This document shows, piece after piece, positions 37,105 to 47,510 of a DNA stretch of 64,000 nt. The DNA is taken from assembly GCA_002269645.1 (NCBI GenBank), contig NIVC01001405.1, forward strand, positions 231,813 through 295,812. Direction: 5' to 3'. The notes beneath the pieces are model-generated. The model saw nothing but the letters and a program-made list of their open reading frames with translations, was not told where the DNA came from and searched no databases. The translations under genes were made by a program, and so were the position numbers. The stretch's first letter is position 1. Each line of letters begins with the position of its first letter. This stretch comes from Macrostomum lignano. Taxonomy: Eukaryota.

Positions 37105-38141
37105 TATAAGAGTTAGAAATCTGAAGTTTTGACCCCAAGTTAGAAGATAGGTAGAAATTTATGAAAAGCCCAGGCGCAGTGAAGGGCGAGGCAGAAGAGT
37201 ACAATGGAACCCCTAGATAGCTATTAGAAGAGCAAACAGAAGCAGCTTTAAGATAATTAATCAACTGTCAAGTCAATTTGAATAGCCGAATCTAACAAAG
37301 CCTCCTTCCATTCCAGTTAGTAGCGTCACCCCGCCGCAGGCACAATGGCGACTAAACCGGCCGGGAAAAGCAAACTGAGCAGCAGCCTGACTTAGAGAAC
37401 AACGCGGCACGCGGCATCTTCTGGCGCACCCTGAGGGAGAAAACGTGAGGCCCACCTAGAGACTCCTACCCAACCCGAAGCTGCCCAAGAAGGCGAGATC
37501 AACCCCAAGCTGCCTGACAACCGAGAGAAACAGAGGACTGTTTAATCATTCATGGACAGAGTGTAGAGACGGAAAACTAAGCACTTTTTCTATAATCTTT
37601 CTATCCCAAATTTTATCCAACTCAACACATAGATTTGCGAAAGCCCGAATAATCTCTAACCTTCACACTTAGCAACCTACTAGAACTAACTAAATTCATG
37701 TACAATTAGGGGACTGAGTCCCAGTTTGTTATTGCTCAAAACCCCCCGCCGTTGCTAACAACGCGAAGACACCCCACCGGCGGCGGGGGAGGCCAAACAT
37801 GCTAATTGGTACAAATAGACGCTCATCTCAAACTGGAGCGGCGCTTCGTTTTTTTCCTGCGCAGTTTTCGATCTCGAATTGCTCCATTTGAATTAGTTTC
37901 TGGATTATCCAGTTGACCGAAACCCGAGTCTCAAATCGATCATTTGCCTTAACGGTGACATAGAACAAATCTTAGGGAGACTCCAACTCAGCTTAGATAC
38001 TAGGAGATCCCGTCAGTTTATACGGTCTTCTCTGACGGCCTGATAGGAGAGACTAAGAGCTGTAAGAACCTTAGACCGCTAGACATCTATCTTAAGAAAG
38101 TGAGAACGCGAACTCAAAGGCCCCAGAGAAAGACGCGTATA
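37105..38141 (+). repeat. 3' LTR of element A
   Basis: 1037-bp direct repeat of 24252-25288, followed by the CCAAT TSD. Confidence 0.97.
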
Positions 38142-38927
38142 CCAATCCCTTAGGAAAATGGGAGGCCTCAAATTCAATGAAATCAGTCCAAACGACTGGA
38201 CAGTAGCGGCCGGCAATAAATCGCTCTCAAAATCAATAACAAAGGCTCGAGCAACGGCTCACCAATTGGTTTACTTCTCTCTCAGAGATGTAGCCTCGCT
38301 TAGCTGTTCTAGCAAGCTCCAAGATCTTTAGAGGCTGCTCCGAGTCTGAGATATTTAGCTCGGATTTTGGCTTGTATTTATAGGAAAAATTGTTGAGAAA
38401 CAGCTTATTTTTAGTAGGTGACAGTTTCGCGCTTTGGAAATTTGACCCCTATGGAATACATTAGCTTTGAGCGCCGATACCATATTCGGAGTTCTAAATT
38501 TAAATGTTGCAAAAGATGGTCACTTGTTGTTTTCGTGGTCTTTAAAAATAGAGTATGACAATTTGCAGTTTTTGTAACATTCGAGTTTTTCGCATCTTCA
38601 TGTTGCTACTTATAGTAGTCTACTTTGTATCTTATTTGGAGAACTCTACAATATCTCCCTTTTTTCGAAAAATTCGTCCCGAATTTATCACGGGTGATTT
38701 TAGTTATACATGAAGAATTAAACAGGTCCATGGTTTATAAGAATTTAATACGTATTGTTTATTTGCGAAGTTACTGTGTATATGCAGATTAAACATGGTG
38801 GCCAGCACGATATAGTGTATTCTGTAACAGTACAGTAATGGGAATAGTGATCGAGCAATGAGAAAAACAGTAATTTATTGTTTATATCTACAATCGTGTT
38901 GGAGCCTATGGGGTATGGGGACTGGGG

Positions 38928-39536
38928 TTAGAGATGTTCGGCTAGGAAACGGTGGAAGAGTCTTTGCACCCTGACCGTTAATACTGCTATGGGGTAAATT
39001 AGGAATTGGAGTTGGTGGTGGTGGTGGGATTCTGCGGCTTCTAGTAGGTAGTAATAGAAATCTTGTGGGTTTAGTAGGGTTTCGGTCAGGGTGCAGCGCC
39101 GGGCCGCTGTCAGGAGACTCCGCCGTGCTCCGTGTAGTTCGGTCGGAAGTGGCCAGTCTTGCACGTTGGCGGAGATCTCCAGGGCGGTGAGGGCTTCCAG
39201 ATCGTGGAGTGTGAGCTCCGGTTGGAAGTCCTCCCGTCGGGCGATTTCTGCGGCCGGCGCTTCCAGGGAATTGGTGCAGGTTGGGCAGTATGAAATGCCC
39301 CGCCGCCCCAGCCTCTGTAAGCAGCTAAAACAGCTCCAGTGCCTGGAGCTGCACAGCTTCAGTTGCGGATCGTCCCCGCAGAGGCTGCAGTTGATTAGGG
39401 GGTCTCGACAGAGTGGACATTTGTCGATAAGCCCCCTGTCACAACAGGAGAAGCAAACCCGATGGCCGTACTGGCACATTGGCCTTTGAAAGGGTTTGCT
39501 CTCAAGGCAGACGGGGAAGTCGTCGTTGTGATCCAT
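38928..39536 (-). CDS. Tandem-RING + conserved helical domain protein, 202 aa (first Cys apparently replaced by Phe)
   Basis: FPVC...CQYGHRVCFSC...CPLC and CSLC...CSSRHWSCFSC...CPTC, then DWPLP...QFLIYPIA. Confidence 0.85.
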   Translation of the reverse strand: MDHNDDFPVCLESKPFQRPMCQYGHRVCFSCCDRGLIDKCPLCRDPLINCSLCGDDPQLKLCSSRHWSCFSCLQRLGRRGISYCPTCTNSLEAPAAEIARREDFQPELTLHDLEALTALEISANVQDWPLPTELHGARRSLLTAARRCTLTETLLNPQDFYYYLLEAAESHHHHQLQFLIYPIAVLTVRVQRLFHRFLAEHL

Positions 39537-39741
39537 TTGTGAATTTTCTTGTTGGAGTGGGTGAGTATGGGAGTGGGTGAGGGTATGGGCTGGTGTTCGG
39601 TGTAGCTTACTTATATAGGGGTCCGAATTAAGAGCCTTATTGTTTATAATTGGTAGGAGTGGGTAGACAGGGGTCTTTTTATGTTGCTTCTAATTGGCTT
39701 TCGTTGCGTTAACGTAAGTGATATTGAGACCTTTTAGATTG

Positions 39742-40353
39742 TTAGTAACATGACGCAAAGTGATCGTTAAGCATCATTATGAAGTAGTCATTTAAGTTCG
39801 CTGTTAATACCGCGATCGGCCAGATGAGATGTTGGACCGGCACGTACCCGGCGGTGTTGGTGTCCTGTAGTAGTTGTAGGTAGATTTCCTCCGCCGGTAT
39901 CGTAGTTGCTGTCATTGCGTACAAACGGGCCCGTTGAAACAGGGAGGTTCGGTGTGGCTGTCGGTCGTGTGGAATAGGCCAGTTCCGGATGATTTGTGCT
40001 AGGTGGGTGGTTGTCATGCCGTTCATGCTTTCCATCGTCAGCTTGATTTTTTGCTCGTTCGTGTCCAGCTGCGGCAAGTTGTCGTTGAGAATTCGTTGGT
40101 CGCAGGTGATACAGGTCGTGATGTCGTGTCGCTGTATCGATAGTGCGCAGTCGTGGCACACCCAGTGCTTATTTCCGCAGAGCTGTATTTGTGGGGCGGC
40201 GTTGCACACTTTGCAGTTCGTAGGTGGTGCTCGGCACAAGGGACATTTGTCGATCAGTTGTGTGGTACAGCATGAGAAACATAATCTGTGTCCGTTCTGG
40301 CAGTACACGAACGGTGTGACGTCCTCGTCGTAGCACACGGGGCAGGACTCCAT
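39742..40353 (-). CDS. Tandem-RING + conserved helical domain protein, 203 aa
   Basis: CPVC...CQNGHRLCFSC...CPLC and CKVC...CGNKHWVCHDC...CITC, then NWPIP...QHLIWPIA. Confidence 0.88.
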   Translation of the reverse strand: MESCPVCYDEDVTPFVYCQNGHRLCFSCCTTQLIDKCPLCRAPPTNCKVCNAAPQIQLCGNKHWVCHDCALSIQRHDITTCITCDQRILNDNLPQLDTNEQKIKLTMESMNGMTTTHLAQIIRNWPIPHDRQPHRTSLFQRARLYAMTATTIPAEEIYLQLLQDTNTAGYVPVQHLIWPIAVLTANLNDYFIMMLNDHFASCY

Positions 40354-40392
40354 CTGGGGGGTGAGAGAATCGAAGGTACTGGTAAACTTTTA

Positions 40393-41059
40393 CTAATCTA
40401 CTTCATCATACGTATCGCCTTGCCAGGCTGTTATTTCGCTGTACGTTAATAGCATCGTTAAATCGGCATGCTTTTTGATAAGTAGAGGTATTATAGCACA
40501 GTGAAATGGGAGACTTGGTTGCTCGCATATTGATAGGTGCCGTAAAAGACGTTGCTGAATACGTTGTAACGGAAAGAGTATTAAGTGGTGTCTATTATGA
40601 TGTGCGTACATAACGAGGTGCACATATGCGGAGCGAGAGTTTCTGGGGAGGGGCCAATCGTCTAGCCGACGAATAACATCTATTGGAGCGAGTTGATGCA
40701 CTATGGATGCAGATAACTGAACCGTTTGTACCGGTTGTATACGTAAAAGTTGATCGCGCATTTTTACTAGAGGAAAAGCATCGCATTCAGGGCAAGTGAG
40801 CACTGTTCGTTTGGCTAATTTCTTGATACACTGCATGCATACGAAATGTTCATTTTTACAGAACTTTTGGGTGCGCAATGATGTACAAATCATACATTGT
40901 CGTAGGGCGCCACGACACATGGGGCAGGCTTGCCAGGGTTGGATATGGTGAGCATCACTTAAGCAGGATCCGCATACGCGGTGGTTATTTACACATACAC
41001 GGAGGTTTCTTGGTGAAAGTATCGTCTAGACAGACAGGGCATTCGAATGTGTTAGCCAT
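40393..41059 (-). pseudogene. Tandem-RING paralog, frameshifted near 41015
   Basis: MANTFECPVCLDD..., then CVNNHRVCGSC...CPMC and CMIC...CKNEHFVCMQC...CPEC. Confidence 0.82.
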
Positions 41060-41165
41060 TGTTGCGTTTCGGTTGCTATGGAATATCTGTTGAGTCGCCT
41101 CTTACGACAAGCACAGAGAAGCTGTGGACTTATTCTTTCCCGAGTTCCACACGGGTGTTAGTGAG

Positions 41166-42025
41166 TTAGCGGGGTCTAAGGTTATAGGGGTGGTTAGTTG
41201 GGGAAGAGTCCGTAGTTTGTGTTTCAGCGTGAGAAGTAGCAATATGTTTAGACGGTGTTTTTGTGTGATTTTCATTGTTTAAATTTGGCAGAAACGTAGA
41301 GTCTGTGTTGATGCGTTTCAGTCGATGAATGTGCACGTAGAACTGCGGCTGATGTGGATCTTGGACATTGGCCAGTTTGGCTGTGGTTGCCGAAGTCAGT
41401 GCTGATACCCGAAATGGTCCTTTGTATTTTTGTGCGTGTTTGTGCGTCTGTTGGGCTGGATAGTGCAAGTAGACCATGTCTCCGACTTGTAGAGTAGATG
41501 CGTTGTTGGCTGTCGTCGCTGTTGCCGTCTGGTTGTCAAGATTGTGTTTGGCAATTTGCCAAGCCGTGTAGTGTAGTCGCGTTGCAAAGGTCTGGAGTGT
41601 CGACGGTGTGTCCACATACTGAGATGGCAGTAATTGTTTGGCGAGTAGGCTGGGCGGTTGAAAATCTCGAGCGAACATTAAGAAAATGGCGTGTTGTCCG
41701 TTGATCGATGTCTCGCGCTGTTGTATGCCATCGTTACTGCTTGTAGGTAGATGATCCAATCTTCAGGCTGCTTGTAGACACAATGCGACAGCATTTCGTG
41801 TATATTGCGGTGGAATCTTTCTACTAGGTTTGCCTTGGGGTTGTAGATGGACGTGAAGATTTGTTGTATGTTGAGTAACTTTGCCGCATTTTGAAATAGT
41901 TGTGATGTAAAGTGAGTTCCGCTGTCGGTGGTTAGAGTCTTGGACGTTTCATACTTGCAGATTATCCCTTGTCTGCAATTTTAATTAGTGATTCCGTCTT
42001 TGCAGGGGAGCGCTGTAATTAGTCT
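41166..42025 (-). pseudogene. Family-B gypsy integrase (core and C-terminus), frameshifted and 5'-truncated
   Basis: TTDSGTHFTS...YNPKANLVERFHR...AYNS, then VGDMVYL...KYKGPF...VHIHRLK...PYNLRPR. Confidence 0.9.
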
Positions 42026-42029
42026 ACTT

Positions 42030-43530
42030 AGCGAAACGGCCTGGGGAGAGAGCAAACGCAACAATTAGAGAGCACGAGCAAAACATCCCAAAAAACCCGA
42101 ACAAAGGGATTAAAAATAGGGTACACGGCGACGGGGAGAGTCAGGAGAGAACTAGAGAGGTGCCGACACACACGCTGACCATTGGGCGCAGGAGGCGGAG
42201 ACAATCTCCCGACTGCGGCAGGTAACGTGAAACGGCGCCGCTGCGCCAGCCGCCCAGCCGCTTGATCAGCTCCTCGTCGAGGCCGCTGTCGAACGCCAGA
42301 CAGGCGCCACCCCGTCGTAGAGAGTGGCTTGAGAAAGCTGTCGCCGCCCAATCCGCATCTGTCAGAGTCCGAGCGTGGCGGCGATCGAATTGACGCGATG
42401 TCATCGGGCACCAGCTTCCGGCGATGTGGACGCAAAACAGCCGAGTAAGCGCCGGCGCAGACCGCAGCTTGTTAGCCTGAAAATGCCGCCGCTGGGCTTG
42501 GACAGGAAAAAGTGGGTGGCTTCCGATTACTGGCAGCACCGCCTCCTGGTAGTCTTGTCCGCTCTGGTTCGTCTTCGACTGTCGAAGTCGGAGCCTCCAG
42601 CACTGACCATCGGCCTGGGTGTCACTGACGAGAATGGATTGGCGCCCGCAGACGTTTGCTTTCCGGAGAAGCGCCCAGAAGCAGAAGAGCACGGCGGCCC
42701 AAAAGGCGGCCTCTGCAGGTTCCCTTGGGTTCACCTGGCTTTCCAGTGAAAGCAGAACCGCTGGGGTGATGGGGTCTTTCTGCTTGACTGAATGGCTGCT
42801 TGTTTGTTTGACTCTTAGCTGCCAGATCGATCAGGCCGGACTTAGTGATGTCGGGGAGTTGCGCCAGCTTGAAGCTCCAGCTGATGGCCGCCAGGTGTCC
42901 ACTGAGGCTACCAGGTGCCACGCCGCGCTTAGCCAGGCGTCGCACGTTCTCGACCAGGTGCACCGGGGATGCCGCTAGTGGCTGAACACCCTCGAGGTCA
43001 CAGAAGCGCTTCCACTTTTCGAGGTTTGAAGCGTACTATGCCCTCGTACTAGGAGCCCAGGAGTCGGCGAGGAAGCGAAGGAGCGGCCCGGGTAGGCGAG
43101 AGGCAGGAGGCGCCAAATCTGCAAAAGCAAAAGAGAGGTGGAGGCAGAGCAGAGCGCGTGGCGCGAGATGCAGCAGGATTCAGCAGCTAAATCATGCAGT
43201 CTACGGTAGAAGCGGAAAAAAAATTCTGCGCCCCGCTTCTAGAAGCAAGGCGAGAGGCCGGGTCCGCCAGGACCTGGAAGGCGCCTGGAACGTGAAAGGC
43301 CCGCAGCCGCAGACTCCACGCATCGCAGGCAAGAGACAGCCTGTGCAGGAGCCGGTTCACGTCGTTACATGGCGAGCTGAGCTTGTTCAGCGCACCGACA
43401 GCCGCCGAGCTGTCGCTGTACACGACTATGTCCGCACCGGCGAAGCGGCCCGGGGCCGCGAGGATGCTGAGGATAGGAGTGAGGGTCTCCTTTACGTTGA
43501 TGTGAGCCGAAGCAAAACGGCCACCAGCGT
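42030..43530 (-). mobile_element. DIRS/Ngaro-type retroelement fragment: RNase H end followed by a tyrosine recombinase
   Basis: HINVKE...YSDS...FHVPG...LADPASR, then SSHSLRRGGA...LGGWRSGAVSRY. Stops and frameshifts present. Confidence 0.85.
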
Positions 43531-43534
43531 CATT

Positions 43535-43830
43535 CTACCAGTTGATACTTCTTCGTACATATTGCCTTGCCAATTTGCCAGTTCACTGTACTTTAATAAC
43601 ATGGTTAAGTCGGCACGTCGTTTGATGATACGCTGTTTAATATTCAAACAATTTTGCCGCAAATGGAATTTACTGGACCGTATTTATATAACAGGGTTCA
43701 AATACAGGTGTATTTTATATACTCGGCGTTTATTGTATCAACAGTGTATATATAATTTTTTGGTGATTATAACATATAGGTGTGTCGCTTATGAGTTTGT
43801 GTCAGAGTTTGTCCGTCAGAAGAAGGCATG
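43535..43830 (-). pseudogene. Partial RING-cassette paralog (C-terminal domain only)
   Basis: ...IKRRADLTMLLKYSELANWQG matches the ends of 23430.. and 40393... Confidence 0.7.
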
Positions 43831-44440
43831 GTGTAGTAGGCGTTATCGGACTTGCACTATTTTTTCGACGAGTTTGGACATTGGCCAGAATAGCCCCTGC
43901 AGCGGCATGTAAGCTGTATCCTCTGTATTCTCCCAAATTTCCTGATAGGCTTGGCTGGCTATAATGTTGCCTGGTGTACTGGCTATCGCGACAGGCGTAT
44001 CCGATTTTTAGCAACTCGTTCCGGTGTTCGACAAGGCGTACCGGAACCGGTCAACATATTATGGCGTGGATGAGAGTCTCGATTCCGGTTTCTTCCAGTG
44101 TTTAAGGGTGTAATTGCAGTTCCGGATGTGTCGGGGTTAGTGCCGCGATAGGTAAAAGTTCTTCTAATGTTGGCTTGAGGCAGTCCAGGCAGTGGTTGAG
44201 ATTAAGACGGGCTAAAATTTGAAAACAAGTAAAACATGTCCAGTGCCTGTCCGGACATATCCTCAAGACGGGTGCAATCGCGCCGCAGATTAAGCAGCGG
44301 AGCCGTTGTCGTCAGCAGAGCGGGCATGTTGGTACCCTTTCCTCGCCACCGCTGTCCCAGGCGAAGCATATTAGGTGGCCCCATTCACAAGTTGGCACCA
44401 TGTCTGAATTTTCCTCCAGACATACTGGACACTGTTCCTG
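43830..44440 (-). pseudogene. Tandem-RING paralog with stops (closest to 21890..22486); not in the ORF track as such
   Basis: Manual translation: CPVCLEENSDMVPTCEWGHLICFAW...CPLC*...CLIC...CPDRHWTCFTC...CLDC. Confidence 0.8.
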
Positions 44441-44490
44441 AAGAGTTCGCTTTAGCACACCAGAGAGGGAAATAAAAATAGAAAATAGAA

Positions 44491-44524
<34 letters not shown>

Positions 44525-44534
44525 TTAATTTTAG

Positions 44535-45300
44535 TGTTTAAACGCACGAACTCCCACTTGCAGACCGCAAGTTTAGGAAGAGAATTGGGTGGTCACTTAA
44601 ACTGTGGACTCCTCTTCTTGCATTCCTATAGGGCGCTCCTCCTGTCGTGGGCTTCTTATTTTTCTCCAGGGTGCGTCTCTTCAATTCTGAAGTCGGTCGT
44701 ATACGAGAGCAACTTTAATAAACGTATCACTTCAATTCGTTGGCGTTTATGTATTCCTCGAGCTCGGAACTCCATATCAGAGATGCGGCCTAATAATATA
44801 TAATCAACTCAATAACAATCCTTTTGGTCATCTGAGGAAGGGCGTCTTCTTCTAGAAATAACAGTCGGAGTCGCGTGCCCCTATCTGTTACTCTAGTGTA
44901 CCAAAAGTACATTAGAGTAGGATCCTTTCCAATCTTTTGGGTTTATACAGACATTTTAGTCAATAACTGAACAGAAATCAACTGATCAATAAAAACCGGA
45001 AACGACTCAGCTCTTTATAATCAAATGAAAAAAGATTTCGTTAAAGGCTTACCGATTGGTATACGTTCCCTCTGAGAGGTTGCCTCGTTCGGACGGCAGT
45101 TCTAGAGAGGACTCAAAGTCTTGAGGCTGCTCCGAGTCTGAGATTTTTCGTCTCTTAGAGCGCTTGTGTTTAAAGGAAATTTTCACGTAAACAATGTCGT
45201 TTTGATGGGGTGAAAGGGTCAGTTCTTAGGAATTTGACCCCTTAACAGTTGAATAGACTTTCAATAGAATCAATCGCATATGGATGGACATACGAGTACA
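44535..45300 (-). mobile_element. Diverged family-B-related LTR, preceded by a (GA)n tract at ~44490-44523
   Basis: Shares AACTCCCACTT, GGGCGTCTTCTTCTAG, GAGGCTGCTCCGAGTCTGAGATTT and GGAATTTGACCC blocks. Ends are approximate. Confidence 0.6.
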
Positions 45301-45624
45301 AAAACATTTTAGTAAATGGAAACAGGTTTCGGGACACCATTTATCTTCATTGGGTTCGTGATTCGTTTTTACAATAATAGGGGTAACTTAATTGGTTTGA
45401 AGAGTTTGATCGGGGGGTGATCAGTCAGTCACCCGAAAACTCCCACTTCCAGACACTTAAGCCTGGGAACAAAATCAGTGATCACTTACTGTTGCGGGCT
45501 CCTCTTCTTTGTCGCGCGTGTCTGCAGAGCTCGTCACCGTAGAGCTGTTCCTCCCGGGGTGATCTTCTTGAAGTCTAGAATCGGCCGAAAGTGAGAGCGT
45601 AACAATAAAATCGACGTCGCAGTA

Positions 45625-47510
45625 TTCCTCGAGTGCAGAAATCAATGTATTCCTCGAGTGCAGAAATCAATGTATTCCTCGAGTGCAGAATTCAATGTAT
45701 TCCTCGAGTGCAGAAATCAATGTATTCCTCGAGTGCAGAATTCAATGTATTCCTCGAGTGCAGAATTCAATGTATTCCTCGAGTGCAGAATTCAATGTAT
45801 TCCTCGAGTGCAGAAATCAATGTATTCCTCGAGTGCAGAATTCAATGTATTCCTCGAGTGCAGAAATCAATGTATTCCTCGAGTGCAGAATTCAATGTAT
45901 TCCTCGAGTGCAGAAATCAATGTATTCCTCGAGTGCAGAATTCAATGTATTCCTCGAGTGCAGAAATCAATGTATTCCTCGAGTGCAGAATTCAATGTAT
46001 TCCTCGAGTGCAGAATTCAATGTATTCCTCGAGTGCAGAATTCAATGTATTCCTCGAGTGCAGAATTCAATGTATTCCTCGAGTGCAGAATTCAATGTAT
46101 TCCTCGAGTGCAGAAATCAATATATTGTTCGAGTGCAGAAATCAATGTATTCCTCGAGTGCAGAAATCAATGTATTCCTCGAGTGCAGAAATCAATATAT
46201 TCCTCGAGTGCAGAATTTAATGTATTCCTCGAGTGCAGAATTCATTGTTCCCTTTTGTCTATGGTTTCCGGCATTCATACTTGCGGTAACAATTTAATTG
46301 TTTGTCGGCTTTTTTCGATTGTTGCCGGATTTCAGACGAATGTATTTGGCTATCAAAACAAGGAACAACAATAGCAACACGGCGAAAGTGTTTCATAGTC
46401 ACAAAAAGTTCTTAAGAACAAACCGATCGAATCAATTGTTTTACTTTCCGTAAAAGTTGAATGTGCAGTTGTGGAACTGACCACCACAGGGAACTGTCGG
46501 AACCTTGCCACGTGAAGCTTCCGTTGCGTCTCGGTCGATTTCGGCACTGAGTCACTCTTAAGTCGGTCCAACATTTCCAGATCTTCGCTACCTAGCTCAG
46601 GCAGCCCGTTGGAACTGGACGACGCATCCAGGTTGTCCATCTCCAGAACGTTGCGCGTGCTCGACTCTCGGGTGACAAAAGCCAACTCGTCCGTGGAGAG
46701 TCCACATATTTCTCCGCCAGGAATGTTTGCGTAGCGAATCATAGCTACTTTTCCTATTTGCACTCCGAATAGGAGAATTAATTCAAGCTCAAAATCAACT
46801 TGGGAATTAACTCATGGCAGCCAGGCTAGCTGTCTTCACTGTCCTTTAAATTTGCCATAAACGATTAATTATCTCTACAACCCTTTCATTTAGAGAGCAA
46901 CTAAATTTGCCATAGACCATTGATTATCTCTACAACCCTTTCAAAGCGCATTCCGGCAACAATCGCATTTCATACTCAGCATCCGCACTATGTCTGGGCC
47001 ATAGACAAGGGAAGTCAAAAGGGTACAATAATGACATGTACCGATTTTTTTCGGCAGCAATTGCGTAAGCTGAAGCCGCGTAGCTTCATACTCAGCATCC
47101 GCACTATGTCTGGGCCATAGACAAGGGAAGTCAAAAGGGTACAATAATGACATGTACCGATTTTTTTCGGCAGCAATTGCTCTACTAAGCTTCAGCCGCT
47201 ACGCGGCTTCAGCTTACGCAATTGCTGCCGAAAAAAATCGGTATATATCGTTACAATGTATTCCTCGAGTGCAGAATTCAATGTATTCCTCGAGTGCAGA
47301 ATTCAATGTATTCCTCGAGAGCAGAAATCAATATATTCCTCGAGTGCAGAAATCAATGTATTCCTCGAGTGCAGAAATCAATGTATTCCTCGAGTGCAGA
47401 ATTCAATGTATTCCTCGAGTGCAGAATTCAATGTATTCCTCGAGTGCAGAATTCAATGTATTCCTCGAGTGCAGAAATCAATATGTTCCTCGAGTGCAGA
47501 AATCAATGTC
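45625..47510. repeat. 25-bp minisatellite TTCCTCGAGTGCAGA(A/T)TCAATGTA: ~25 units (45625-46243) and ~10 units (47255-47510)
   Basis: Unit read directly. Three track ORFs are offset by exactly 25 nt. Confidence 0.97.
46245..47254 (-). mobile_element. Insertion in the array; probable internally deleted Crypton-like element
   Basis: LDRLKSDSVPKSTETQRKLHVARFRQF is joined out of frame to GGQFHNCTFNFYGK*. These resemble the N- and C-terminal ends of CryptonA/DUF3504 proteins. Confidence 0.45.

Larger units (their letters stand above)
24252..38141 (+). mobile_element. Full-length env-bearing Ty3/gypsy LTR retroelement (family A), 13,890 bp
   Basis: Paired 1037-bp LTRs, 5-bp TSD CCAAT (24247-24251, 38142-38146), PBS, PPT and domain order PR-RT-RH-IN. 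Confidence 0.97.
23790..42030 (-). mobile_element. 3' part of a family-B Ty3/gypsy element: integrase, three RING genes, PPT and a 3' LTR split by element A
   Basis: LTR halves 23790-24251 and 38142-38650 rejoin at the CCAAT TSD. PPT at 38651-38665. Integrase at 41166-42025. Confidence 0.88.

Noticed and set aside
43292-43912. 206-aa plus-strand ORF
   Set aside because: It spans the junction of the DIRS/Ngaro fragment and a RING pseudogene, both coded on the opposite strand.
10153-47510. CRISPR-like appearance of the 25-bp and 102-bp arrays
   Set aside because: Units are head-to-tail with no unique spacers, there are no cas genes, and the context is eukaryotic.
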